From the NCBI GenBank assembly GCA_963783375.1, contig CAWANH010000029.1, positions 288,001-352,000 of the forward strand: a stretch of DNA of 64,000 nt, written 5' to 3'. This stretch comes from Candidatus Eiseniibacteriota bacterium (GTDB lineage: Bacteria > Eisenbacteria > RBG-16-71-46 > JABDJR01). The notes beneath the pieces were generated by a model. That model saw only the letters and a list, made by a program, of their open reading frames with translations, did no database searches and was not told the origin of the DNA. The position numbers and the translations under genes were made by a program. Each line of letters begins with the position of its first letter. Position 1 is the first letter of the stretch. This document shows positions 22,297 through 31,498 of this stretch, piece by piece.

Positions 22297-23567
22297 AGAT
22301 CCTCCAGGCCAACAAGTTCCACTATGTCCGCGGCGGCGCGGACCGGTATTTCCTCGATCTCGTGGAGATCCTCCCCGCCCACGGCCATCCCACCGCGCCC
22401 TTCAGCATGCGGCATCCGCGGAACCTCCCCACCCCGTTCTCGCGTTTTTTCGTGAGCCACGTGGACTACGCGGAGGAAGGGGGTCCCTTCGGGGCGATGG
22501 CCACCGCCGCCCGCACCGTCTACAACCGGGAGACCCGCCGGCGGGTCCGGGAGCTGGTGGAGCAGTTTCGTCCCGACGTGGCCCACCTGCACAACGTCCA
22601 TCATCAGCTCTCGGGCTCGATCTTCGAGACCCTGCGCGAGCTGGGCATCCCCGTGGTGCAGACGCTGCACGACTTCCAGTGGGTGTGTCCGGTCTACACG
22701 TTCTTCCGCCGGGGGCGGGTGTGCGAGGAGTGCGGCCACGGCCGGGCCCTTCCCGCGGTGCGCCACCGCTGCCAGGGGGACTCCCTGCCTCGCTCGGCAG
22801 TGGCGGCGCTGGCGGTGAAGCTCGGGTGGTGGCGGAAGTGGGAGAGCATGGTCTCCCGGTTTCTGGCTCCGAGCCGGTTCCTGGCCGAAAAGGTCGTGGA
22901 GCACGGGCTCCCGGCGGAGAAGATCGTTCCGATGGGTTACTGCCTCCGTCTCGACGGCTATCGTCCGGTGGGAGGGCGTGGGGGCCACGCTCTCTATGCC
23001 GGGCGTCTCTCCGCGGAAAAGGGGGTGGCCACGCTGTTTCAGGCGGCGGCCCGGGTACCGGGCCTGTCCCTCCGGGTGGCGGGGACCGGGCCCCTCGAGC
23101 CGGATCTCCGACAACTCTCCGAGACCCTGCTCCCCGGACGCGCCACCTTTCTCGGCCACCTCGACGCCGCCGGCCTCCGGGAGGAGCTTGGTCGCGCCGC
23201 CTTCGTGGTGGTGCCATCGGAATGGTATGAGAACCAGCCCTACGCGGTGCTGGAGGCCTTCGCCATGGGGACCCCCGTCCTCGGCTCCGACCTGGGAGGA
23301 ATCCCCGAGCTGGTGCATCCGGGAGAGACCGGGGACCTCTTCCCCGCCGGCTCGGTGGAGGGGCTGGCCGACGCCCTGGCCGCCATGCAGACCCGCGCCG
23401 ACCTCGTCGATCTGGGTCGCGCCGCTCGAGGCTGGGTGCGGTCCCACTTCGATCCCGACCGTCACGCCGAGGCCCTGGCCGATCTCTACGCCGAGGTTCT
23501 CGCCGCTCCTCCGTCACGGGGAACCGTGGCCCGGGGCGACCTCGGCGAGAGGGGAGGGGCCGGTTGA
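22293..23567 (+). CDS. glycosyltransferase family 4 (Cys-containing insert type)
   Basis: NKFHYVRGGAD, HLHN, TLHDF..CP...CEEC..C, GRLSAEKG, PSEWYENQPYAVLEA. Confidence 0.9.
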   Translation: MKILQANKFHYVRGGADRYFLDLVEILPAHGHPTAPFSMRHPRNLPTPFSRFFVSHVDYAEEGGPFGAMATAARTVYNRETRRRVRELVEQFRPDVAHLHNVHHQLSGSIFETLRELGIPVVQTLHDFQWVCPVYTFFRRGRVCEECGHGRALPAVRHRCQGDSLPRSAVAALAVKLGWWRKWESMVSRFLAPSRFLAEKVVEHGLPAEKIVPMGYCLRLDGYRPVGGRGGHALYAGRLSAEKGVATLFQAAARVPGLSLRVAGTGPLEPDLRQLSETLLPGRATFLGHLDAAGLREELGRAAFVVVPSEWYENQPYAVLEAFAMGTPVLGSDLGGIPELVHPGETGDLFPAGSVEGLADALAAMQTRADLVDLGRAARGWVRSHFDPDRHAEALADLYAEVLAAPPSRGTVARGDLGERGGAG

Positions 23568-24691
23568 GGATCGCCATGATCGGGCAGAAGGGGATCCCGG
23601 CAACCTACGGAGGGATCGAGCGTCACGTGGAGGAGCTGGGGGCGCGCCTGGTGGAGCGGGGCCACGAGGTCCGGGTCTACACCCGCCCGCACTACGCCCG
23701 CGGCTCGGAACCCTACCGGGGCATGGAACGTTGCCCGCGGCCGTCCATTCGCAGCAAGCACCTCGACACCGCCACCCACGCGCTCCTCGCCACCCTCGAC
23801 GTGCTGATCCGTCCGGTGGACCTGGTGCACTATCACGCGCTGGGCCCTTCGGCCCTGGCCCTGGTTCCCCGTCTTCGCGGCATACCCACCGTGGTGACCC
23901 TGCACGGGCTGGACTGGGAACGGGAAAAATGGGGGCCTATGGCCTCGTACCTCCTGGAGCGCTGCGAGTATCCCGCCGTCCACTTCCCCAGCCGCACCAT
24001 CGCGGTCTCCCGCACCCTGCAACGCTACTTCGAGGAGAAGTACCTGATCCGCCCCGACTACATCCCGAACGGGGTCAATCCGCCGGTGTTCGAGCCGCCC
24101 TCGCGACTCGAACCGTGGGGGGTGCGGCCGGGAGGCTACTACCTCTTCGTCGGCCGGCTCACTCCGGAGAAGGGGACCCACCTTCTGGTGAAGGCCTACG
24201 CCGGGCTCACCACCGAACGGAAGCTGGTGATCGCAGGAGGATCCGCGTTCACCGACGAGTACGTGGAGGGTCTTTACCGGGACGCCGGCCCCGACACGGT
24301 GTTCACCGACTACGTGCACGGCGCCGACCTGGCCGCCCTCCTCACCCACGCCTATGCGGTGGTGATGCCTTCCACCCTGGAGGGGCTCTCCATCGCCCTC
24401 CTGGAGGCGTTGAGCTACGGCCGGTGTGTGGTGGTGAGCGACATTCCCGAGAATCTCGAAGTGGTGGAGGACGCCACCCCCAGCTTCCGGAGCGGGGATG
24501 CCGGGGATCTCCAGCGGGTGCTCGAACGTCTCGACCGCCATCCCGAGGAGGTGCGGGCTCACGAGGAGACGGTGGAGCGCACCCTGGCCCACCGGTTCAC
24601 CTGGGACGCGGTGGTTCCCCAGCTCGAGGCGCTCTACCTGGACGTGCTGGCGGGAAAGCGCGCGGGGGCGGTGGAACTACCGCCGCTCTGA
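23564..24691 (+). CDS. glycosyltransferase family 4
   Basis: IGQKGIPATYGGIERHVE, HGLDWER.KW, YIPNGV, VGRLTPEKG, PSTLEGLSIALLEA. Confidence 0.9.
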   Translation: MRIAMIGQKGIPATYGGIERHVEELGARLVERGHEVRVYTRPHYARGSEPYRGMERCPRPSIRSKHLDTATHALLATLDVLIRPVDLVHYHALGPSALALVPRLRGIPTVVTLHGLDWEREKWGPMASYLLERCEYPAVHFPSRTIAVSRTLQRYFEEKYLIRPDYIPNGVNPPVFEPPSRLEPWGVRPGGYYLFVGRLTPEKGTHLLVKAYAGLTTERKLVIAGGSAFTDEYVEGLYRDAGPDTVFTDYVHGADLAALLTHAYAVVMPSTLEGLSIALLEALSYGRCVVVSDIPENLEVVEDATPSFRSGDAGDLQRVLERLDRHPEEVRAHEETVERTLAHRFTWDAVVPQLEALYLDVLAGKRAGAVELPPL

Positions 24692-24733
24692 TCGCCGGCC
24701 GGGGAATCCGGCCGGGGGAATCCGGAGACCAAG

Positions 24734-25915
24734 GTGGAAATCGTTTCAGCCAGGAACCTGGGCCATATGGCGGCGTTCGGGGTCCTGGCCCTCACCGCCC
24801 TGGCGATCTGGACCCGGCCGGCCAGCACCCAGTGGGACCTCGATCTCTACCTTCACGCCGCGCGGGCGGAGGCGCGTGGGCTAGACCCCTACCGGGTGCC
24901 CCTCGTGGAAACCGTCACCACCGACGCCTTCCAGGACGGGTTCGTCTATCCCCCCGGAACCCTCGTTCTTTTCCGCCTCCTGGATCGGCTGCCCGCCGCC
25001 CGGGTATGGCTGGTCCTCAAGCTGGCCGCGGCGGCCCTGCTCCTGGCGCTCTGGCGGCGGACGGTGCTCCGGGGGGTCGACGGCCTCCTGGTACTTTGGG
25101 TTCTGGTCCTGGGAATGAACGGCGCTCTCCTCTGGGACCTCCGTTCGGGAAACGTGGCGCTCTTCGAAATCCTGATTCTCTGGGCCGGGTTCGCCGCGTT
25201 CCTGGACCGGCGCTACGTCCTCTTCGCGATTCTCGTCGCCGCGGCCTCGGTGTGGAAGCTCCTGCCCCTGGTCTTCCTGGGACTGCTGTTCCTTCCCGCG
25301 GTGCCGTCCCGGCGGCGCGGCGCTGCGCTGGCCGCCGGGCTCGGCGCGTTCGCCCTCGCGGTGGGCCTCCCCCTGGTTCTCCGTCCCGGGCTCGGGCGGG
25401 CGTACATCCACGCCCTGGGAGCGGTGCGGTCGTGCGGGGCCGTGAATCCATCCTCCCTCGGCATCCTGGACCAGCTCGCGGGGCTGGCCGGCGGGCTCCC
25501 GAGGGGAACCACCCCCGTCCTGTGGGTACTCTTCGCCGGGGCGGCCCTGGCCGCGAGCCGCCGGCCGATCGCTCGGGCCTTCCGGGGCTCCGCCCCGGAA
25601 GATGCGTTGCTCACCGCGCTCCTCCTCTACGCCGTCCTCGTCCCGCGGCTCATGATCTACTCCTACGTGATGGTGCTTCCCGCCGTTCTCTCCCTGGGCC
25701 TCCGCATGCTCCGGCGCGGCCGGGGGGCGCTTCTCCTCGGGGCGGTGCTCTGTCTCCAGGGGGCGGCGCGGATCCCTCCTCTGGAGCTGGGGGGGATGCT
25801 CGCGGACAATCTGCCCTATCTCATCCTTCTCGGTTTGTGGATCGCGATGATCAGGAACGGGCCCCCGCCCGGATCGCTTCCGCGCCGGGCGGACTCATCC
25901 CCAGGGACCGCATGA
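24734..25915 (+). CDS. GT87/DUF2029-like polytopic (GT-C) glycosyltransferase
   Basis: WDLDLY..LDPY, FVYPP, GNV, WKLLP, NPS, ~10 hydrophobic segments. Confidence 0.7.
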   Translation: MEIVSARNLGHMAAFGVLALTALAIWTRPASTQWDLDLYLHAARAEARGLDPYRVPLVETVTTDAFQDGFVYPPGTLVLFRLLDRLPAARVWLVLKLAAAALLLALWRRTVLRGVDGLLVLWVLVLGMNGALLWDLRSGNVALFEILILWAGFAAFLDRRYVLFAILVAAASVWKLLPLVFLGLLFLPAVPSRRRGAALAAGLGAFALAVGLPLVLRPGLGRAYIHALGAVRSCGAVNPSSLGILDQLAGLAGGLPRGTTPVLWVLFAGAALAASRRPIARAFRGSAPEDALLTALLLYAVLVPRLMIYSYVMVLPAVLSLGLRMLRRGRGALLLGAVLCLQGAARIPPLELGGMLADNLPYLILLGLWIAMIRNGPPPGSLPRRADSSPGTA

Positions 25916-27116
25916 TCCCGATCATCGCCAGAGCGAGGACCACCGGGATGAGGCTGTTCATGAGCCTCGGCTCGTTGATCTGACCCACCAGGACGGCCAT
26001 CCCCACCAGAAGCGGAACGAGGATCAGGCACCGGCGGAGCCGGGACGGAGCGAATGGGATCCCCGCCGCCGCGGCCGCCCACCAGAAGAGCACCGCCGCC
26101 GCCGAGGCGGCCACCGGACCCGGCCGGTTCACCAGGAAGTTGACGTTCATCCACACCTTTCCCCCGGACCAGGCCGCGTCCGCCGGAAGGAAGTGGAAAA
26201 GCAGGAGCCGGATCAGGGTGTAGCCCGCGATCTGAAGGAGGATCCACTCGAGGTACCGTCCGCGGGGCATGGCGTCGGCGTAGAGGACGGCGAAGACCGG
26301 CACCATGAGGAGGACGACCTCGTGGTTCAACGTCCCGAGGAGGAACACCGAGAGATAGGCCCAGAGACGCCGGCGGAAGAGGAGGAGAAGGCAAGCGGTG
26401 GAGAAGAGCGTCACCCCGACGTCGTAGAAGGTGAAGTACCCGAAGGTGGGAATCAGCATGAGGGCGAGGAGGAGCGGGGAGAGGACGGCGATCCGGGGGG
26501 GAGCGAAGAGGCGAACCCAGCGCTTCATGAGCACGAAGGCGATCAGGATGACCGGGATCTGGGAAACGAAGTAGCAACGGGAAGGAGCCCAACCGGGGAA
26601 GAGCGCGTGGAGGGCGTCGGCCACCCACACGAAGAGGATGCGGTGCTGGTAGGGCGGTTGGGCGGTGAATGACATGACCTCGGCCAGCCGGTACCAGGAG
26701 CCTTCGAACCCCTGGTTCCGAAGGGCGAGGAAACACACCACGCTCGAGCCGAGGAGAATCGAAGCCGAGAGGAGCGGTTCGGCGAAGCGCCCGGCGGGAA
26801 ACCGTCGGGCCAGGGGGCGCCGTCCCAGCCAGGCCGCGGCCGGGACCGCCAGGGCGAGGGTCGCGAGGCCCAGGGCGCGCGTCAGCATGGCCAGCAGGAG
26901 GTCGGGGGAGGCGGTCTCGGCCAGCGGGGAGGGAACGGCCAGGATTCCCGGAACCCGGCCCGAGGTCATGACGCGGACCAGGGCCGGGCCCGCGGCCAGG
27001 ACCGCGATCCAGGCTCCGGCAAGAAGCAGGGCGCTCGCGGCCAGGAGCGCCTTCATGGCCCTCTCCCACCGGTCCGGGGACGCGGTCCCGATGCGGGAAT
27101 CCTTGGGGACGTTCAT
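25851..27116 (-). CDS. polytopic membrane protein, possibly GT-C fold
   Basis: ~10 TM segments, PPYQHRIL loop motif, FYD, LNHE, NEPR; coding-like codon usage; start uncertain. Confidence 0.6.
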   Translation of the reverse strand: MNVPKDSRIGTASPDRWERAMKALLAASALLLAGAWIAVLAAGPALVRVMTSGRVPGILAVPSPLAETASPDLLLAMLTRALGLATLALAVPAAAWLGRRPLARRFPAGRFAEPLLSASILLGSSVVCFLALRNQGFEGSWYRLAEVMSFTAQPPYQHRILFVWVADALHALFPGWAPSRCYFVSQIPVILIAFVLMKRWVRLFAPPRIAVLSPLLLALMLIPTFGYFTFYDVGVTLFSTACLLLLFRRRLWAYLSVFLLGTLNHEVVLLMVPVFAVLYADAMPRGRYLEWILLQIAGYTLIRLLLFHFLPADAAWSGGKVWMNVNFLVNRPGPVAASAAAVLFWWAAAAAGIPFAPSRLRRCLILVPLLVGMAVLVGQINEPRLMNSLIPVVLALAMIGIMRSLGMSPPGAEAIRAGARS

Positions 27117-27260
27117 CGGCGGGCCACGGTAGCATTCCCTCCCTCCGGACAACAACGGGGACGGCGGCGCGGTTGAGAACGGGGGGCGGGTGGAGTAACC
27201 TCCCGCGGAGTCCGTCCCGCGTGACCCGCGAATCATCGGGGCCGGAGCTCGAGGAGGGCC

Positions 27261-28328
27261 ATGCGACACGCGGTCATTCTGGCCGGCGGAAGCGGGGTGC
27301 GGTTCTGGCCGCTCAGCCGCCGCCGCCGTCCCAAGCAGTTCCTGCCGCTCGCCGGGGAGATCTCCCTCCTCCGGGCCACCTTCGAGCGCCTCCTACCGGT
27401 GGTTCCCGCCGAGCGGGTGTGGGTGGTCACCGGCGCCCGGCTCGTCGCCATGGTGCGCCGGGAGCTTCCCGAACTCAGCCGGGGTCATGTGTTGGTGGAG
27501 CCGTCGGCCCGGAACACCGCCCCGGCCATCCACCTGGCCGCGCTGCGCGCCGCCGCCGAGGATCCTGACGCGGTGCTGCTGGTGGTGCCCGCCGACGCCT
27601 GGGTTCCCCGGGCCGCGCCCTATCGCCGGGCGCTCTCCGCCGCGCTCCGGGCCGCGGAGGCCGGCGACCGGTTGGTCCTGGTGGGGGTCGAGCCGACCCG
27701 GGCGGAGACCGGCTACGGCTACATCGAACCCGGAGATTCCCTGGGCCGGGGAGGGCTCCGCGCGGTCCGGCGTTTCGTGGAGAAGCCCTCGGCGCCCCGG
27801 GCCCGCCGGTTCCTGGCCGGAGGCCGGCACCTGTGGAACTGTGGTATTTTCGCCTGGCGCGCCGGGGTGTTCCGGGAGGCGGTGGAGCGCCATCTCCCGG
27901 ATCTCGCGGTGGCCTTCGATGGGTTGCCGGGCGGGCGGCCCGCCGCCCGTGGCCTCGAACGCGCCTACGCCGCCGCCCCCTCCATCTCCGTGGACCATGG
28001 AATCCTGGAGCGCGCGTCGAACGTGGCCGTCATCCCCGGCGGGTTTCCCTGGGACGATCTCGGATCCTGGGGGGCGCTGGAGCGGTTGGGCCGCGACGGC
28101 TGCTTTGCGCGGGGGCGGGTGGTGGCCATCGACAGCCCGGGGCTCGTGGCCTGGGCGGACCGGGGGACGGTGGCGGTGGTGGGGATCCCGGATGCGGTGG
28201 TGGTGCATACCCGGGACGCCACCCTGGTGGTGGCCAAGGATCGCGCCCAGGAGGTGCGGCGGGTCGTGGAGGAACTGGAGAAGTCCCCCGAGGGACGAGC
28301 GATCGTGGAGGGTGAGACGCAACCATGA
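27261..28328 (+). CDS. manC: mannose-1-phosphate guanylyltransferase
   Basis: VILAGGSGVRFWPLSR..PKQFL, EPSARNTAPA, ETGYGYI, FVEKP, WNCGIF, SVDHGILE, WDDLGSW. Confidence 0.92.
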   Translation: MRHAVILAGGSGVRFWPLSRRRRPKQFLPLAGEISLLRATFERLLPVVPAERVWVVTGARLVAMVRRELPELSRGHVLVEPSARNTAPAIHLAALRAAAEDPDAVLLVVPADAWVPRAAPYRRALSAALRAAEAGDRLVLVGVEPTRAETGYGYIEPGDSLGRGGLRAVRRFVEKPSAPRARRFLAGGRHLWNCGIFAWRAGVFREAVERHLPDLAVAFDGLPGGRPAARGLERAYAAAPSISVDHGILERASNVAVIPGGFPWDDLGSWGALERLGRDGCFARGRVVAIDSPGLVAWADRGTVAVVGIPDAVVVHTRDATLVVAKDRAQEVRRVVEELEKSPEGRAIVEGETQP

Positions 28329-28855
28329 ACAAAGCATCTGATTTTCGCCGGGCCGGGGCGGCCGTGCTGCTCGCCGCGCTGGTCTCCGCCTGCGGCGGGG
28401 GCGGCAAGGCGCCTCCGGCCACCGACGTGACCCAGGGGTCGGATTGGGAGGTCCGGGTGTCGACCGGAGGGGACACCACCCTGGTGACCGGACCCGGGGC
28501 CTCGGGCGCGATGGAGGACACCGCGCGGGCGCCCGTCGTTTCCGCGGCGCCCGCCGACACTCTGCCCCCCCTCGAGACCCGGCAGGTCCCGGTTCCCAAT
28601 CCCCGGGATTTCACCCCGGGCTGGAGGGTCCAGGTCGCCGCGGTGACCTCGATGGCCGGCGCCGACGCCAAGCGGCGCGAGGCCATGGTCCATACCACCG
28701 AACCCGTGTACGTGGAGTACGAGCCCCCCTTCTACAAGGTCCGCGTGGGGGACTACCTGACCCGCCAGGAAGCGGATTCGATGGCCACGCGGCTCAAGGC
28801 GGAGGGTTTCCAGATCTATGTCGTGGAGACCCTGGTGCTGAAACCGTCGAACTGA
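28325..28855 (+). CDS. SPOR-domain lipoprotein
   Basis: Lipobox VSAC; C-terminal GWRVQV...PFYKVRVGDYLTRQEA. Confidence 0.82.
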   Translation: MNKASDFRRAGAAVLLAALVSACGGGGKAPPATDVTQGSDWEVRVSTGGDTTLVTGPGASGAMEDTARAPVVSAAPADTLPPLETRQVPVPNPRDFTPGWRVQVAAVTSMAGADAKRREAMVHTTEPVYVEYEPPFYKVRVGDYLTRQEADSMATRLKAEGFQIYVVETLVLKPSN

Positions 28856-28892
28856 TTCACCCCGGAGCCCGATGGGTCGATAACTGATGGGT

Positions 28893-29903
28893 ATGCGGGA
28901 ACTTCGCAAGGACCCGGTGGTAGGCCGCTGGGTGATCATTTCCTCGGAGCGGGCCGGGCGGCCCGTGGATTACGCTCCTCGCGTCTCGGAGGCCCGGGGC
29001 GAGCGCTGCCCGTTCTGCCCCGGCCACGAGTCGGACACCCCGCCCGAGGTCCTGGCCCTGGGGCGGAACGGATCCGGTCCCGACGGTCCGGGCTGGCGGG
29101 TCCGGGTGATCCCCAACAAGTTCCCCGCCCTGCAGATCGAGGGGGAACTGGACCGGCGGGGCGAGGGAATGTTCGACAAGATGAACGGCATCGGCGCCCA
29201 CGAGGTAGTGATCGAGAGCCCCGACCACGAGGCCCGCTGGTGGGACCTCGGGATCGATCAGATCACCGAGATCCTCGCCGCCTACCGGGTGCGCGTCCTC
29301 GATCTGGCCCGCGACCCGCGCTTCAAGTACATCCTGGTGTTCAAGAACCACGGCGAGGCGGCGGGCGCCACCCTGGAGCACCCCCACACCCAGCTCATCG
29401 CCACCCCCATCATCCCCAAGTGGGTGAAGGAGGAACTCTCGGGGGCGCGCGACCACTACCGGCTGAAGGAACGCTGCATCTACTGCGACATGGTGCGTCA
29501 GGAGATGGAGGAGGGAACGCGCCTGGTCGCGGTCACCGACGAGTTCGTGGTGATCGAGCCCTTCGCCCCGCGATTTCCGTACGAAACCCTGGTGCTCCCG
29601 CGCCGTCACGCGTCCTCGTTCGAGGAGGGACCCGAGGAACTCTTCCGGTCCCTGGCCGCGGTGCTGAAGGACGTCTACGGCCGTCTTCACCGGGTCCTCG
29701 ACGATCCCCCCTTCAACATGGTGATCCACACCGCTCCCGCCGGCGATCCCTTCCTGCTCCACTTCCACTGGCACCTTGAGATCATGCCCAAGCTCACCAG
29801 CGTGGCCGGTTTCGAGTGGGGTTCGGGGTTCTATATCAACGTTGTCTCTCCGGAGGACGCCGCCCGCCGTCTCCGGGAGGCGGCCGCCGCGGCCTCGGCG
29901 TGA
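28893..29903 (+). CDS. galT: GalT-family nucleotidyltransferase (Gal-1-P uridylyltransferase / ADP-glucose phosphorylase-like)
   Basis: ELRKDPV, RAGRP, CPFCPGHE, NKFPAL, GAHEVVIESPDH, GATLEHPHTQ (catalytic HPH), AGFEWG. Confidence 0.9.
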   Translation: MRELRKDPVVGRWVIISSERAGRPVDYAPRVSEARGERCPFCPGHESDTPPEVLALGRNGSGPDGPGWRVRVIPNKFPALQIEGELDRRGEGMFDKMNGIGAHEVVIESPDHEARWWDLGIDQITEILAAYRVRVLDLARDPRFKYILVFKNHGEAAGATLEHPHTQLIATPIIPKWVKEELSGARDHYRLKERCIYCDMVRQEMEEGTRLVAVTDEFVVIEPFAPRFPYETLVLPRRHASSFEEGPEELFRSLAAVLKDVYGRLHRVLDDPPFNMVIHTAPAGDPFLLHFHWHLEIMPKLTSVAGFEWGSGFYINVVSPEDAARRLREAAAAASA

Positions 29904-31432
29904 CCGCTCGAGTCGCCGAGGCGGCCCCGCGCCGTCCCCCCCGCGCCGGGAAGCCCTTGAGGGTGGTCATGGTCTCCATGGAGATGACCCCCGTGATCAA
30001 GGTGGGGGGGCTGGCCGACATGGTCGGGTCCCTGTCGCGGGTGCTCGCCGCCCGAGGCCACGACGTCACCGTCGTCCTCCCCGCGTACCCGAACCTGCTG
30101 GTCTCCTCCCGGCTCTCGAGCCCGGCCCACTCCGTGCTGGAGATTCCTCATGCGGGGGAGGTTCGGCGGGCGCGATTCCACCGCCTGGCCGCGGACGGGG
30201 TGAGGATCTTCCTCCTCGAGGACCCGATGTTCTCCCGCCGCGACGGGGTGTACGTGGATCCGGAGAGCCGCGAGGAGTATCCGGACTCCGCCGACCGGTT
30301 CGCGGTGTTCGCCCGGGGGGCGCTGGAGGTGTTGCTCCGCGCCGACCTGGTTCCCGACGTGCTCCACGTCCACGACTACCAGACCGCGCTGGTTCCGGTG
30401 TTCCTGCGCCGGGGCGGGGTGGGACCCCGCTTCTTCCGCGGCACCGCCACCGTCCTCACCATCCACAACCTGGGCCATCAGGGAGTCTATCCTCCCGGCC
30501 TGCTGGGCCGGGCCGGCCTCGATCCCGCCGGCTTCCACCCCGGGGGACCCCTGGAGTTCTGGGGGCAGGTGAACTACCTCAAGGCGGGAATCATCGACGC
30601 TGACCGCGTCACCACGGTCAGCCCCCGCTACGCCGAGGAGATTCGCACCCCCGAGTTCGGCTGGGGACTGGAGGGCGTGTTGTCCGGGCGGGGGGAGAAC
30701 GTGACCGGGATCGTGAACGGCATCGACACCGCGACCTGGAATCCGGCCGCCGATCCCCTCATCGAGACCCCCTTCGACGCGGACAGCCTGGAAGGCAAGG
30801 CGGAGAACCGGCGCGCCCTCCTGAACCGGCTCGGGCTCCCGCCCCGCCCGGAACGTCCGGTGGTGGGGATGATCACGCGCCTGGTGGAGCAAAAGGGGAT
30901 CGATCTGGTGGTCGAGGCGGCGGATCGCCTCCTCGAACGGAACCTCTTCCTGGTGGTCCTGGGGAGCGGCCGGCCGCTCTATGAGGACTTTTTCCGGTCC
31001 CTGGCCGCGGACCGCCCCGACCGGGTCTCCTACTCCCACGATTTCGACGATCCCCTGGCTCACGCGATCGAGGCCGGTGCCGATATTTTTCTCATGCCTT
31101 CCCGCTACGAGCCGTGCGGGTTGAACCAGATGATGAGCCTCCGGTACGGCACCGTGCCCGTGGTCCACCGGGTGGGGGGGTTGGCGGACACCGTGCGTTC
31201 GATGGAGGATGATGCGAACCGGGGAAGCGGGTTCGTATTCGACCAGTATTCCCCGGAGGAACTACTGGGGGCTCTCGACCGGGCGCTGGCGGCGTGGCAG
31301 GATCGTCCCGGGTGGGCGGCCCTCCAGCGCCGGGGCATGGCCGAGGACTTCTCCTGGGACCGCTCGGCGGATCTCTACGAGTCGGTGTACCGGGAAGCAA
31401 GGGAGGGCGCCGGGTGGGGACAGCCGATCTAG
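29900..31432 (+). CDS. glgA: glycogen synthase (GT5)
   Basis: KVGGLAD, HVHDYQT, TIHNLGHQG, TVSPRYAEEI, GIVNGID, RLVEQKG, MPSRYEPCGLNQM, DFSW. Confidence 0.95.
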   Translation: MTARVAEAAPRRPPRAGKPLRVVMVSMEMTPVIKVGGLADMVGSLSRVLAARGHDVTVVLPAYPNLLVSSRLSSPAHSVLEIPHAGEVRRARFHRLAADGVRIFLLEDPMFSRRDGVYVDPESREEYPDSADRFAVFARGALEVLLRADLVPDVLHVHDYQTALVPVFLRRGGVGPRFFRGTATVLTIHNLGHQGVYPPGLLGRAGLDPAGFHPGGPLEFWGQVNYLKAGIIDADRVTTVSPRYAEEIRTPEFGWGLEGVLSGRGENVTGIVNGIDTATWNPAADPLIETPFDADSLEGKAENRRALLNRLGLPPRPERPVVGMITRLVEQKGIDLVVEAADRLLERNLFLVVLGSGRPLYEDFFRSLAADRPDRVSYSHDFDDPLAHAIEAGADIFLMPSRYEPCGLNQMMSLRYGTVPVVHRVGGLADTVRSMEDDANRGSGFVFDQYSPEELLGALDRALAAWQDRPGWAALQRRGMAEDFSWDRSADLYESVYREAREGAGWGQPI

Positions 31433-31498
31433 CCGTGCTAAAGTTGGTGGATTATGCCAGTGCTCGCTCGTCCTAGGCGCGGGCGGAAAGGCCGGAGC

